NCBI GenBank assembly: GCA_950073265.1
Contig: CATMPJ010000002.1
Coordinates: 2,638 to 66,637 of the forward strand
DNA: 64,000 nt
Source of the DNA: an uncultured bacterium
GTDB taxonomy: Bacteria > Patescibacteriota > Minisyncoccia > Phycocordibacterales > UBA918
Direction of reading: 5' to 3'
Below are positions 18,924 through 29,809 of this stretch, in pieces. The notes beneath the pieces were generated by a model, which worked only from the letters and a program-made list of their open reading frames with translations, was not told the origin of the DNA and did no database searches. Position 1 is the first letter of the stretch. Every line of letters starts with the position of its first letter. Made by a program: the position numbers and the translations under genes.

Positions 18924-19745
18924 ATGTCGCGACTTACAAAGAAACAAGAACGATTCGTTGCGACCGTTTGGAATTTTTACGCTACCAACAGGCGTGAGCA
19001 TTTGCCCTGGCGCCAAACGCAAGACCCATACAAGGTTCTGGTTTCTGAGCTAATGCTACAGCAGACACAGGTTGATCGCGTTATTCCAAAATACGACGCT
19101 TTTATAAAGCGCTGGCCAACCGCGAGACACTTAGCTAGCGCTTCACTGGCTGATGTCTTGAAAGCGTGGCAAGGGCTCGGCTATAACCGGCGCGCAAAGT
19201 TTTTGCATCAAGCTGCGAAAGCAGTAGTCAACGACCATAACGGTGTTTTTCCACAAACCACACAAAAGTTACAAACCTTACCAGGCGTCGGTCCGTACAC
19301 AGCGAGTGCAGTTGCTGTCTTCGCCTACGATCACTCTGAAGTATTAATTGAAACCAATGTGAGACAGGTTTTTCTGCACCATTTTTTCAAGCAGAAAACC
19401 GATGTCGCTGACAAAGAAATACTGCAACTAATAGAGAGAACATTGCCTGTTGGTAGCTCCCGAGAGTGGTATGCGGCGTTGATGGACTACGGCTCATATC
19501 TTAAGAAAACATATGGCAACGTCACGCAAAGAAGTGCTCAATATGCCAAACAAAGTCGCTTTCAGGGTAGTGATAGACAAATTAGGGGGGCGATTCTTCG
19601 ATTATTGTCAGACGCAGCAATAACAGAAAGCAAAATTTCTAAGCATCTAGACTTTGAGGAGTTTCGCGTAAAGGAACAACTTAGAAAACTTTGTAGAGAA
19701 GGTCTTATTGCACGTATTCGCAATACGTATAGTTTGCCGAGGTAG
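18924..19745 (+). CDS. mutY: A/G-specific adenine glycosylase, Fe-S-clusterless
   Basis: LPWR, VSELMLQQTQV, WQGLGYNRRA, LPGVGPYTA HhH, ETNV, ALMDYG. Confidence 0.9.
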   Translation: MSRLTKKQERFVATVWNFYATNRREHLPWRQTQDPYKVLVSELMLQQTQVDRVIPKYDAFIKRWPTARHLASASLADVLKAWQGLGYNRRAKFLHQAAKAVVNDHNGVFPQTTQKLQTLPGVGPYTASAVAVFAYDHSEVLIETNVRQVFLHHFFKQKTDVADKEILQLIERTLPVGSSREWYAALMDYGSYLKKTYGNVTQRSAQYAKQSRFQGSDRQIRGAILRLLSDAAITESKISKHLDFEEFRVKEQLRKLCREGLIARIRNTYSLPR

Positions 19746-19746
19746 T

Positions 19747-19787
19747 GCACACAAAAACGCCGCGGATGTCGCGGCGCTTTTGTGTGC
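19747..19787. terminator. bidirectional terminator between convergent mutY and rnj
   Basis: GCACACAAAA-CGCCGCG...CGCGGCG-TTTTGTGTGC. Confidence 0.8.
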
Positions 19788-19794
19788 TATCGGA

Positions 19795-21780
19795 CTATAC
19801 TCCTATTAGCACTGGAATCACCATTGGTGTTTTTTGTGTTTTCTGAAGTAGGAAAGTGGTAAGTGTGTTTGTTACTTCATCTTTCACCTGCTCTAGGTCA
19901 ATCGGGTTCATTCGTTCGGTCTTCTTTTCAATCGTTCGTTTTACCAGCACTCGAGCTTCAGACAAAAGTTGTTGGTTTTCTCGTAAGTAAACAAAGCCGC
20001 GCGAAATAATGTCTGGAGACTTACGCAGCTTACCAGTACGACTGTTTACGGTGGCGATAATGACAAACATGCCATCTTTCGCCATGGTTTCGCGGTCGCG
20101 AAGCACAACGTCTTGCTTGGTCCCAACCGATGCGCCGTCAACAACCATCAGCTCATTTGGAATTTTCATCGGCTGACGAGTAACTTCACTACCGTTTTTT
20201 ATATCTAGAATAGTTCCGTTGTCAGGTACCAGTACATTGTCGCGCGGGAAACCATTATCAATAGCAGCGTACATGTGACTCTTAAGGTGATAGTGGTGTC
20301 CGTGCACAGGGATCAAGAATTTAGGTTTTACTGTCTGAGATACCCACACCAACTCACCAGCATTACCGTGACCGGAAGCGTGCACGTGAGAACCTTGGTA
20401 GTTGATGACGCGAACATTTTTTCGGTAGATATTGTCTTTAAGTTTCTGGACCGCAATTTCATTGCCAGGAATCACCGAAGAAGATAGAACAATCGTATCA
20501 CGCTCATTTAGCGTAATAAATTTATGTTTATCAGTGGCCATTCGCATAAGAGCCGCAAATTGCTCACCTTGGGCACCGGTAGAAAGTACGACAATACGAT
20601 CAGCCGGATATTCACTAATGTCATTCGCTTGGATCACTGTATCAGGCTTTACTTCTACCAAGCCGGCCCGAATAGCAATTTCGACGTTAGTTTTAATACT
20701 ACGCCCTTCAAGCACTACTTTTTTGCCAAGATCTTCACAGGTTTTGATAACACTGATGAGTCGGTCAAATTGTGACGCAAATGTCCCAACAATTAGACGA
20801 CCTTTTGCAGTACGAATAATTTGTTCAAGGGTTTCAAATACTTTTGCTTCAGAAACTGAGAACCCAGCTCGGTCAGAGTTGGTTGAGTCACACAGTAGGG
20901 CAAGGTTGTTGTTTTGACCTACCTTCTCCCATTGACCGCGCTCTTCAACCACGACTTTCCCATCTTCGTGAATAAGCTTAATATCGCCGGTTATGACCAC
21001 GTCGCCGTGTTTTGTCTCAACACAGACTCCCATAGCGTCTGGGATAGAGTGAGTTACTCGGAACGTTTTAATTCTGGTTGTACCAACAGTAAATGATTCT
21101 CCCTCTTTAATGACGTTCATTTGAATTGGTTCAGCGTGCGGAAATTCTTCTTGGCGTTTTAGAATCATTAGCGAGGTTAGGTTTTGGGTGTAAATTGGTG
21201 GATTGCCGATGCGCTCCATAATAAATGGGATACCACCAATATGGTCTAAGTGTCCGTGTGTCACAACCAGGGCGCGGATTTTGTGTTTGCGCTCTTCGAG
21301 GTATTGCGTGTTGGGGAGAATGTAGTCAACGCCTGGCGTACCAGTATCTTCTGAAACGAACGCAAAACCAGCATCAATCACAATAATGTCATCTTTCGTC
21401 TCGATAATATTCATGTTGCGACCAATCTCTTCTACACCAGAAACAGTGATGATACGTACAGTGTCTTCATCAGTAATTTCAGGAATTGCTGGACCTTTTG
21501 TCTCAGTGTTGAGGCGATGTTCTAAAGCTGGCGCTTTATCGTTTCTGCGTCGACGTGGTGGCCCAGAACGGCGCTTGCCGCGATTGTTTCCAGCCCCTTG
21601 TCGATTATTATTGCCACCTTTTGCACTTCCTTTTCTTGAGCCGCGACCAGCGTTTTGTCCACCAGGGCGATCGCCATTCTGTGGTCGCTTAGGTGAACTT
21701 GAGTAATTGCGACCTACACGTGTACGCTGTGGTCGGCGGGGGCGACGGTTGTCACCAGATGTTTTTTCGTTTGATGTCAT
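19795..21780 (-). CDS. rnj: ribonuclease J with long basic N-terminal extension
   Basis: EIGRNM, THGHLDHIG, HSIPD, TGD, DSTN, HASGH, PVHG. Confidence 0.95.
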   Translation of the reverse strand: MTSNEKTSGDNRRPRRPQRTRVGRNYSSSPKRPQNGDRPGGQNAGRGSRKGSAKGGNNNRQGAGNNRGKRRSGPPRRRRNDKAPALEHRLNTETKGPAIPEITDEDTVRIITVSGVEEIGRNMNIIETKDDIIVIDAGFAFVSEDTGTPGVDYILPNTQYLEERKHKIRALVVTHGHLDHIGGIPFIMERIGNPPIYTQNLTSLMILKRQEEFPHAEPIQMNVIKEGESFTVGTTRIKTFRVTHSIPDAMGVCVETKHGDVVITGDIKLIHEDGKVVVEERGQWEKVGQNNNLALLCDSTNSDRAGFSVSEAKVFETLEQIIRTAKGRLIVGTFASQFDRLISVIKTCEDLGKKVVLEGRSIKTNVEIAIRAGLVEVKPDTVIQANDISEYPADRIVVLSTGAQGEQFAALMRMATDKHKFITLNERDTIVLSSSVIPGNEIAVQKLKDNIYRKNVRVINYQGSHVHASGHGNAGELVWVSQTVKPKFLIPVHGHHYHLKSHMYAAIDNGFPRDNVLVPDNGTILDIKNGSEVTRQPMKIPNELMVVDGASVGTKQDVVLRDRETMAKDGMFVIIATVNSRTGKLRKSPDIISRGFVYLRENQQLLSEARVLVKRTIEKKTERMNPIDLEQVKDEVTNTLTTFLLQKTQKTPMVIPVLIGV

Positions 21781-21812
21781 ATATAAATGTCTAATTTTTT
21801 CTTCTATCTAAT

Positions 21813-23546
21813 TTATTGTCTGAAAACGTTCCATAATTCGTCGCTATCGGTATACCATTCACTCATGTTGCTAAATCGGTCGGACGGCTTGGCTAAACCA
21901 ATCATGCTTGGAATAACAAAATCTTTATCCACGACGTACGTTGTGTAGGGCTGAAAAAGGAAAATCGCAGGATGTTCGTTAGCAATTGTCGTCGCTGCTT
22001 CTATTCGATACTCAGTGCGCGCATCACTTGATGTCGCTACGCGTGATTCCTCTAGCAGATCATCAACGGTAAGGTTGGTGTATTGGGCGATGTTAAGACC
22101 AGGGTCATCTTTTTGCGAGGAGTGCCAGAAAGGGTACAAATCGTATGAACGATTCATATCAAGGCCAAACAAGAGCGCTTCAAAGTCTCGTGGCCGGATA
22201 ACGCCTTGCAGTAGATCAGACTGTTCAAATTGGTCTATAGTGACCTCAACGCCAATTTCTTCAAAGTAGCGCTTTAACAGGGTGCTGATACTTACAAACA
22301 ACGGGGCGTTACTGGTTTTGAGTGTGATACGAAGCGTTTCGGTGTTTCCGTCAATTTCTTTTTCTAGACGACCTTGATTGTTCTCTAGCCAGCCAGCATC
22401 TTGTAAGATTTGCTTTGCTTGAGCAACACGATCGTCGGTTGATTCGTTTGAATCTTCACTTGATTCTAGCGCACTTAGAGTGCCCGCAATAGGTCCATTG
22501 ATGGGGACACCTTGCGTAAAGAGAGTCTCTTGAATAATTTCTTCACGATCAACAACTAAAGACAGCGCCTCGCGTACAGCATCATCGCGGAGTACGACAG
22601 ATTTGTTCTGATTAAAGAAGACAGCGAACACTCGTGGCAGAGGCTCTCTAATAACGGTTATATTGTCATGTTCTAAGGTGAGCCCCAACGATTCATTGCT
22701 TATGTAAGCGCTAGCATCTAGAGTGCCATCAGCAAGGCCCTGTATAATTGCGGCCTCAGTTTCAAAAAAAACAACCTCTAGAGTCTCGATGTCAGAAGGA
22801 TTAGGGATATCTTGATGGGCTTCAAGTATGTAGCTTTGAATAACTCCTGACTGATCGCGTCTCGCTTCAACTAGTTTAAAGGCGCCGGCGCCAATTGGTT
22901 CGGTGTTTAGCTGGCTAAAAGGAACTTGTTCAATTGGTAACGATGACCATAGATGGGCGGGAAGTATACCGACCGTGAAGTTTTCAATAAACGGCGCGTA
23001 GGCTTCTTCAAGCACAATATTAAACTCACTATCACTAATTTCTTCAAAGGTTACGCCAGTCCAATTGCCGCGCAAAGGACTTTTTAAATCAGGGTTTTGA
23101 ATAAGCCGCAACGTGAACAAAACGTCCCTCACGGTTACCGGCGTTTCGTCATGGAAGTAAATGTCTTTTCGTAACACTACGTTGTAGGTTAGTCCGTCTT
23201 CTGAAACAGTTACTGACTCAGCTAGGTTTGGCACCAATTCTCCATTTGGATTAATTTTCATTAAACCGCTAAACAGCAACGCAGTCATATCATGATCAGC
23301 TCGAGTGCTAGCCAAAACTGGATTTACGAAGCGCGGAGCACCGATAATTCCTTCATGTAACGTGCCGCCACGTACCGGTGTTTCGGTAGAGTACTCATGG
23401 TTAATGTTGTACAGCAAAACGGCACCACTAAAAAGTATTATAAAGAAAAGGGTACGTAGAATAATACGGTCACTGGTGGGAGCTAATTCGATATGTCGCA
23501 ATAGGGAATCAAATAGGCGCGAAAAAACGCTGCGTAAGAATTTCAT
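21813..23546 (-). CDS. ABC transporter substrate-binding protein, family 5 (peptide)
   Basis: GGTL.EG, P.LAES..VSEDG..Y...LR....FHD, PIGAG.F, VR.AL. Confidence 0.9.
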   Translation of the reverse strand: MKFLRSVFSRLFDSLLRHIELAPTSDRIILRTLFFIILFSGAVLLYNINHEYSTETPVRGGTLHEGIIGAPRFVNPVLASTRADHDMTALLFSGLMKINPNGELVPNLAESVTVSEDGLTYNVVLRKDIYFHDETPVTVRDVLFTLRLIQNPDLKSPLRGNWTGVTFEEISDSEFNIVLEEAYAPFIENFTVGILPAHLWSSLPIEQVPFSQLNTEPIGAGAFKLVEARRDQSGVIQSYILEAHQDIPNPSDIETLEVVFFETEAAIIQGLADGTLDASAYISNESLGLTLEHDNITVIREPLPRVFAVFFNQNKSVVLRDDAVREALSLVVDREEIIQETLFTQGVPINGPIAGTLSALESSEDSNESTDDRVAQAKQILQDAGWLENNQGRLEKEIDGNTETLRITLKTSNAPLFVSISTLLKRYFEEIGVEVTIDQFEQSDLLQGVIRPRDFEALLFGLDMNRSYDLYPFWHSSQKDDPGLNIAQYTNLTVDDLLEESRVATSSDARTEYRIEAATTIANEHPAIFLFQPYTTYVVDKDFVIPSMIGLAKPSDRFSNMSEWYTDSDELWNVFRQ

Positions 23547-23578
23547 ATACTTGTGTAGTCTAGCTATCTAGACGGTGC

Positions 23579-23818
23579 TTATCCAGCAATCGCTAAGAGC
23601 GCAGAAATAACAAACAGTACCGCGATACCAATCGTGAACTTAAATAGGAAAAGTTCGGCGCCACGGCGCTTGTGAAATGCTGAGCTGAAATTGTCGCCAC
23701 CAAATGCACCGCCAAGGCTAGAGCCGCGCTGCTGGAGTAGGATTGCTGCAACAAGCAGAATAGCTAGGATTATCTGGATGTACGGCAGTGCTGGAAGCAC
23801 TGAATCGATAATATTCAT
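23579..23818 (-). CDS. secG: preprotein translocase subunit SecG
   Basis: ILLQQRGSSLGGAFGG, RRGAE..L, two TMs; TTGCCT-17-TATCCT promoter upstream. Confidence 0.93.
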   Translation of the reverse strand: MNIIDSVLPALPYIQIILAILLVAAILLQQRGSSLGGAFGGDNFSSAFHKRRGAELFLFKFTIGIAVLFVISALLAIAG

Positions 23819-23876
23819 GTCCGCAGAGGATACCAGAGGAAGACAGATAAGGCAATAGGAATGTTCATTACTTTGC

Positions 23877-23976
23877 CTGCGGTTTCAGAAGATTCTTCAC
23901 ACGCTAGCGCGGACGCTCAGAATCCCCTGAAACGGCAGTGCGTCATGTCGAAGGCCGTTAGAATTTCTCTGGCGCA
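23877..23976. repeat. palindromic REP/MITE-like element
   Basis: CTGC-G-GTTTCAG-AA-GATTCT...AGAATC-CC-CTGAAAC-G-GCAG hairpin, followed by TGCGTCA/TGGCGCA hairpin. Confidence 0.45.
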
Positions 23977-23985
23977 GACTTGAGT

Positions 23986-24045
23986 AAAAGAAAACACCCG
24001 CTACCATTGCTGGGGCGGGTATTCTCTCCGCTCTGGTAGGGGTGT
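23986..24045 (-). terminator. long terminator hairpin, copy A
   Basis: ACACCC-CTACCA/TGGTAG-GGGTGT stem followed by U-tract on the minus strand. Confidence 0.7.
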
Positions 24046-24051
24046 ATAGGT

Positions 24052-24291
24052 TCATGGATGCTTTGAAACTACGGTCATCCAAACGCGCGCAAGGAAGATC
24101 AGTATTCCGAGCATAATGTACAGAACCCAAAGCAGGCCGATGAGCGAAATTGCCGCGAACACGCGAGCCGCGCTTTCTGACAAATAGCCAGCCAACGCTG
24201 CCTCCATCGCGCCGAAGAGCATCGCAAGCGAGAGAGTCGTCACAACCAGTATGGACCATACCGCTCTACGTCCTTGTTTATATGAAGACAT
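24052..24291 (-). CDS. small two-TM hypothetical protein
   Basis: SD AAGGAG, TTTACA-17-TATATT promoter (24344-24372), downstream terminator. Confidence 0.7.
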   Translation of the reverse strand: MSSYKQGRRAVWSILVVTTLSLAMLFGAMEAALAGYLSESAARVFAAISLIGLLWVLYIMLGILIFLARVWMTVVSKHP

Positions 24292-24410
24292 TGGTTAGTA
24301 CTCCTTAGTTGATTTAGATCAAGAACTTATATATTTGGTTTGCAATATATCATATAATTTAATATATGTAAAGGTGGTGCACCATGTGGGACGATGTTAG
24401 AACTTTTATA

Positions 24411-24462
24411 AAAGAGAAAACACCCACCGAAGCGGATGAATCTCCCGCTTTCGCGTAGGTGT
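24411..24462 (-). terminator. long terminator hairpin, copy B
   Basis: ACACC..CGAAGCGG/CCGCTTTCG..GGTGT with U-tract on the minus strand. Confidence 0.7.
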
Positions 24463-24773
24463 CATATGTTGAAATCGATAGTTTCGGGATATGTGTATTC
24501 AGTAAGTCCTTGATCACTTTCAACGAAAAGTTCTTGCAGCTGTTCAGGGGTCGGTGCGATATGATTGAAGACATCCTTGTCGATGCATTCGAGATCGACG
24601 ACAGTGCCGCGTTTATTGCAAACGTGATAACTTTCGATTTCCACGTTCTCTATCACGACCTCTCCCAAGTAGAGAGTAAGTTTTGATCCTTCAGGTAGCA
24701 TCGGGAAATTGACAGCAGGAATACCGAAGCATTCACCGCCAGCAAAGACGACGAGGGTGCATTTCTTCAGCAT
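24462..24773 (-). CDS. small acidic hypothetical protein
   Basis: SD GAAAGGA, TTGACT-16-TATAGT promoter (24804-24831). Confidence 0.7.
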   Translation of the reverse strand: MLKKCTLVVFAGGECFGIPAVNFPMLPEGSKLTLYLGEVVIENVEIESYHVCNKRGTVVDLECIDKDVFNHIAPTPEQLQELFVESDQGLTEYTYPETIDFNI

Positions 24774-24983
24774 TTCTTTTCCTTTCTACAAAAGTCTGTA
24801 TATACTATACTTTGCAAATTACAAAAGTCAAGTATTAGTGCGGGTTCAGAGACTTGAACAAAAGCTTGTAATTTTGCATGAACTAGCAATTTTTTATAAA
24901 ATACCTCACGCAGCGCGGAGGTATTAGTTGGCTGCAATTTGAAGATTTGATTATAAAGCTATAAACGTTCTTAAATTATTGAT

Positions 24984-26950
<1,967 letters not shown>

Positions 26951-26960
26951 ATCTTTGCCA

Positions 26961-27007
26961 TATACTACGAAAAAATACGGCTTTGCGCCGTATTTTTTCG
27001 TGGTATA
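26961..27007 (+). terminator. groESL terminator, overlapping the lemA -10 box
   Basis: TATACTACGAAAAAATACGGC-TTTGC-GCCGTATTTTTTCGTGGTATA. Confidence 0.85.
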
Positions 27008-27041
27008 ATTAGCAAACTTAGGGAAATTAATTATAGAAATT

Positions 27042-27617
27042 ATGTATTGGATTATTGGCATTATTGCAGTTGTTGTACTTCTGTTCATTTACTTCTACAA
27101 CAACTTTGTAAAACTTACACAACGAGCAAAAGAGGCGTGGGCGGATATTGATGTACAGCTAAAGCGTCGATACGACCTCATTCCGAATCTGATTGAAACA
27201 GTGAAGGGATACGCTGCTCACGAACGAGAAACGCTGGAAAGCGTAACCGAAGCGCGCACAACCGCTACCCAAACACACGTTGACCCGTCAAACGTAACCC
27301 CAGAGCAAATTTCAGCTATGGCCGGTGCTGAATCTGCTCTAACTGGTGCGCTTGGTAGACTGATTGCTATCGCTGAGAACTATCCGGATCTGAAAGCAAA
27401 CGAAAACTTCGTTGAGCTGCAGCGAGAACTTTCAGATACTGAAAACAAAATTCAAGCTGCTCGCCGGTTCTATAACAGCACGGTGCAAGCGCTAAACGTA
27501 GCACTGCAATCATTCCCATCAAATTTGGTGGGGAAGATGTTTAACTTTAAGTCAGAGCCGTACTTTGAGTTAGAAGCAAACAGTGTTGAGCGTGAGCCAG
27601 TTAAGGTCAGTTTCTAA
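27042..27617 (+). CDS. lemA: LemA family protein
   Basis: YN.FV, WADIDVQLKRRYDLIPNL, ENYPDLKAN, ARRFYN, FPSN. Confidence 0.96.
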   Translation: MYWIIGIIAVVVLLFIYFYNNFVKLTQRAKEAWADIDVQLKRRYDLIPNLIETVKGYAAHERETLESVTEARTTATQTHVDPSNVTPEQISAMAGAESALTGALGRLIAIAENYPDLKANENFVELQRELSDTENKIQAARRFYNSTVQALNVALQSFPSNLVGKMFNFKSEPYFELEANSVEREPVKVSF

Positions 27618-27623
27618 TTAATC

Positions 27624-28007
27624 ATGTCTACTGGCGGTAAAGTTTTCTACAACAAACTCGTCCAAGATGGCATTAAAGACAAGATAGAAGGTAAAGGCGA
27701 GCAGTGCTCGGTTCGAGTGCTTGAGAATGACGAAGAGTTCCAACAAGAGCTTTTAAAAAAGGTCATGGAAGAATCACAGGCGCTTTCCACTGCCCGTACG
27801 CGGCAGGAGTTTCTCAGCGAGTATGCCGATTTGATGGTGGTGCTTGATGCGCTTACAAATCTCCTCGAGATTTCAGAAGCAGAGCTGCAAGTGGCAATGA
27901 GTGAAAATATTGAAAAGAAAGGATTATTTAAAAATCGACATTTTCTCAATTGGTCTGACGATACGGATTATAGAAGTAACGAAACACCGCAAGGTATAAA
28001 GAATTAA
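27624..28007 (+). CDS. MazG-like/PRA-PH-like nucleoside triphosphate pyrophosphohydrolase
   Basis: YNKLV.D.I, L.KK..EE, E.AD, KKG.F motifs. Confidence 0.8.
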   Translation: MSTGGKVFYNKLVQDGIKDKIEGKGEQCSVRVLENDEEFQQELLKKVMEESQALSTARTRQEFLSEYADLMVVLDALTNLLEISEAELQVAMSENIEKKGLFKNRHFLNWSDDTDYRSNETPQGIKN

Positions 28008-28011
28008 ATAC

Positions 28012-28911
28012 ATGGCAAACATATACACGCAACAGAGTAATAACGTACGCAAAACATGGTTTTTGATGGCGATTTTTCTGGCGATTGTTATTGCAATTGG
28101 CTATGGAGTTGCTTGGTATATTGGTAATCCAGTTATTTTGTATGGAGCGGTTATCTTTGCGCTCATCATGAATGTGGGAAGTTATTGGTACTCTGATAAA
28201 CTCGTTATTAAAATGACTGGCGCCAAGCCAGCAACCAAAGCCTCTCACCCTGAGTTATGGAATGTGGTAGAAAATCTTTCAATCACGGCCGGGCTACCAA
28301 TGCCGAAGCTATATATCGTAAATGACCAAGCACCAAACGCGTTTGCGACTGGTCGCAACCCAGAGCATGCAGCTGTGGCAGCAACGACCGGTCTATTGCA
28401 GATTTTAGATCGCACAGAACTCGAAGGAGTAATGGCTCACGAGTTATCGCACGTGGGCAATCGCGATATGCTGGTATCGACAGTGGCAGTTGTATTGGCT
28501 GGCTTCATTGCTATTATTTCTGATCTGTTTTTGCGCTCAATGATGTTTGGTGGAGGTGATAGGGACAATCGAGCAGGACTGTTATTTTTGGTATTGGGTA
28601 TCGTTGGTATTATCCTAGCCCCGATTGCAGCACAGCTCATTCAGATGGCAATTTCTCGTAAACGCGAATACTTAGCCGATGCGTCTGGAGTGCTGTTGAC
28701 GCGCTATCCGGAAGGGCTGGCTTCGGCATTAGAAAAAATAAGTAACCATGCCCGACCAATGCATCGTGCCAACACGGCGACTGCGCATTTGTTTATCTCT
28801 GACCCGTTTGGTGGAGATAAGCGATCAATCGGACAAAAAATATCTAGTTTATTTCAAACGCACCCACCAGCAGCAGATCGCATACGTATCTTGCGCGAAA
28901 TGGGGAAGTAG
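28012..28911 (+). CDS. htpX: zinc metalloprotease HtpX (M48)
   Basis: PNAFATGR, HELSH, SRKREYLAD, THPP. Confidence 0.95.
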   Translation: MANIYTQQSNNVRKTWFLMAIFLAIVIAIGYGVAWYIGNPVILYGAVIFALIMNVGSYWYSDKLVIKMTGAKPATKASHPELWNVVENLSITAGLPMPKLYIVNDQAPNAFATGRNPEHAAVAATTGLLQILDRTELEGVMAHELSHVGNRDMLVSTVAVVLAGFIAIISDLFLRSMMFGGGDRDNRAGLLFLVLGIVGIILAPIAAQLIQMAISRKREYLADASGVLLTRYPEGLASALEKISNHARPMHRANTATAHLFISDPFGGDKRSIGQKISSLFQTHPPAADRIRILREMGK

Positions 28912-28972
28912 ATTTTGAAACCCCTTATAATATCGGTATAGTTATAGTCGGCTGCTCTGCAGCCGGCCTTAT

Positions 28973-29062
28973 GGAGAGTTGGCAGAGTGGTCGAATGCGC
29001 ATCCTTGGAAAGGATGTATATGGGCAACCGTATCGAGGGTTCGAATCCCTCACTCTCCGCCA
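28973..29062 (+). tRNA. tRNA-Ser (anticodon GGA), CCA encoded
   Basis: GGAGAGT/ACTCTCC acceptor, CATCC-TTGGAAA-GGATG, long variable arm, GTTCGAATC. Confidence 0.97.
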
Positions 29063-29070
29063 TAAGCTTT

Positions 29071-29778
29071 ATGAAAAAACCAGTAATTGGCATTGTTTTA
29101 GATAAAGAGCCTAAGGGTGATTATTCAATTTATCCCTACTATGTCTTGCGCCAAGATTATTTTACAGCGGTAAACAGAGCAGGTGGCGTACCAATTGGGG
29201 TGCCGGTATCAGGCGATAACATCGAAGACTATGTGTCCATGCTTGATGGTCTCTTGCTGCCTGGTGGAGACTACGATATCCCACCAAGTTTTTATGGTTC
29301 TAAAGAGATTCATGAATCTGTGGTCATGAAGCCAGAACGATTAGCGTTTGACATGAATTTGGCTCAGCAATTTATGGATGCAGACAAGCCATTGCTGGGT
29401 ATTTGTTTAGGCGAGCAGCTCCTAGCGGTCATGCGCGGCGGTGCACTACATCAAGATATTGGTGCAGAATTACCTGAAGCTGAAGACCATTACATTGAAG
29501 ACCGGCTTAGGCCTGTCCATGAATTGACCATGACGCCAGGCACTAAACTGTACAATATCCTTGGCCCTAAGTTATTAGTCAATAGTCATCATCATCAGTC
29601 GGTGAAAGCAGGTAGAGGAGATTTTGTGATTGCAGCCATAACGAAAGACGGAGTGATTGAAGCAATTGAAATGCCGGACAAAAAATTTTGTCTAGGTGTT
29701 CAGTGGCACCCTGAGCATTTAGTTCTACCAGAGGAACATGCATTATTTAGAGCGTTTATCGCTGCCTGCCAGGATTAA
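29071..29778 (+). CDS. gamma-glutamyl-gamma-aminobutyrate hydrolase family (peptidase C26, PuuD-like)
   Basis: KPVIGI, DGLLLPGG, GICLG nucleophile, VNSHHHQ, GVQWHPE; start reset after the tRNA. Confidence 0.9.
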   Translation: MKKPVIGIVLDKEPKGDYSIYPYYVLRQDYFTAVNRAGGVPIGVPVSGDNIEDYVSMLDGLLLPGGDYDIPPSFYGSKEIHESVVMKPERLAFDMNLAQQFMDADKPLLGICLGEQLLAVMRGGALHQDIGAELPEAEDHYIEDRLRPVHELTMTPGTKLYNILGPKLLVNSHHHQSVKAGRGDFVIAAITKDGVIEAIEMPDKKFCLGVQWHPEHLVLPEEHALFRAFIAACQD

Positions 29779-29809
29779 AAATGGCCGGTATGCGAAGCAT
29801 ACCGGCCAT
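29777..29809 (-). terminator. intrinsic terminator between convergent genes
   Basis: ATGGCCGGTATGC-GAA-GCATACCGGCCAT. Confidence 0.85.

Noticed and set aside
23897-24259. 120-aa minus-strand ORF
   Set aside because: Overlaps the SD-supported 79-aa gene in another frame and runs through a terminator and palindrome
23986-24462. Integron attC sites
   Set aside because: No RYYYAAC/GTTRRRY core pair and no IntI; kept only as a novel-repeat hypothesis
28987-29070. N-terminal extension of the C26 hydrolase ORF
   Set aside because: Reads through tRNA-Ser; true start is 29071. ORFs 1448-1690 and 1604-1810 likewise overlap tRNA-Gln
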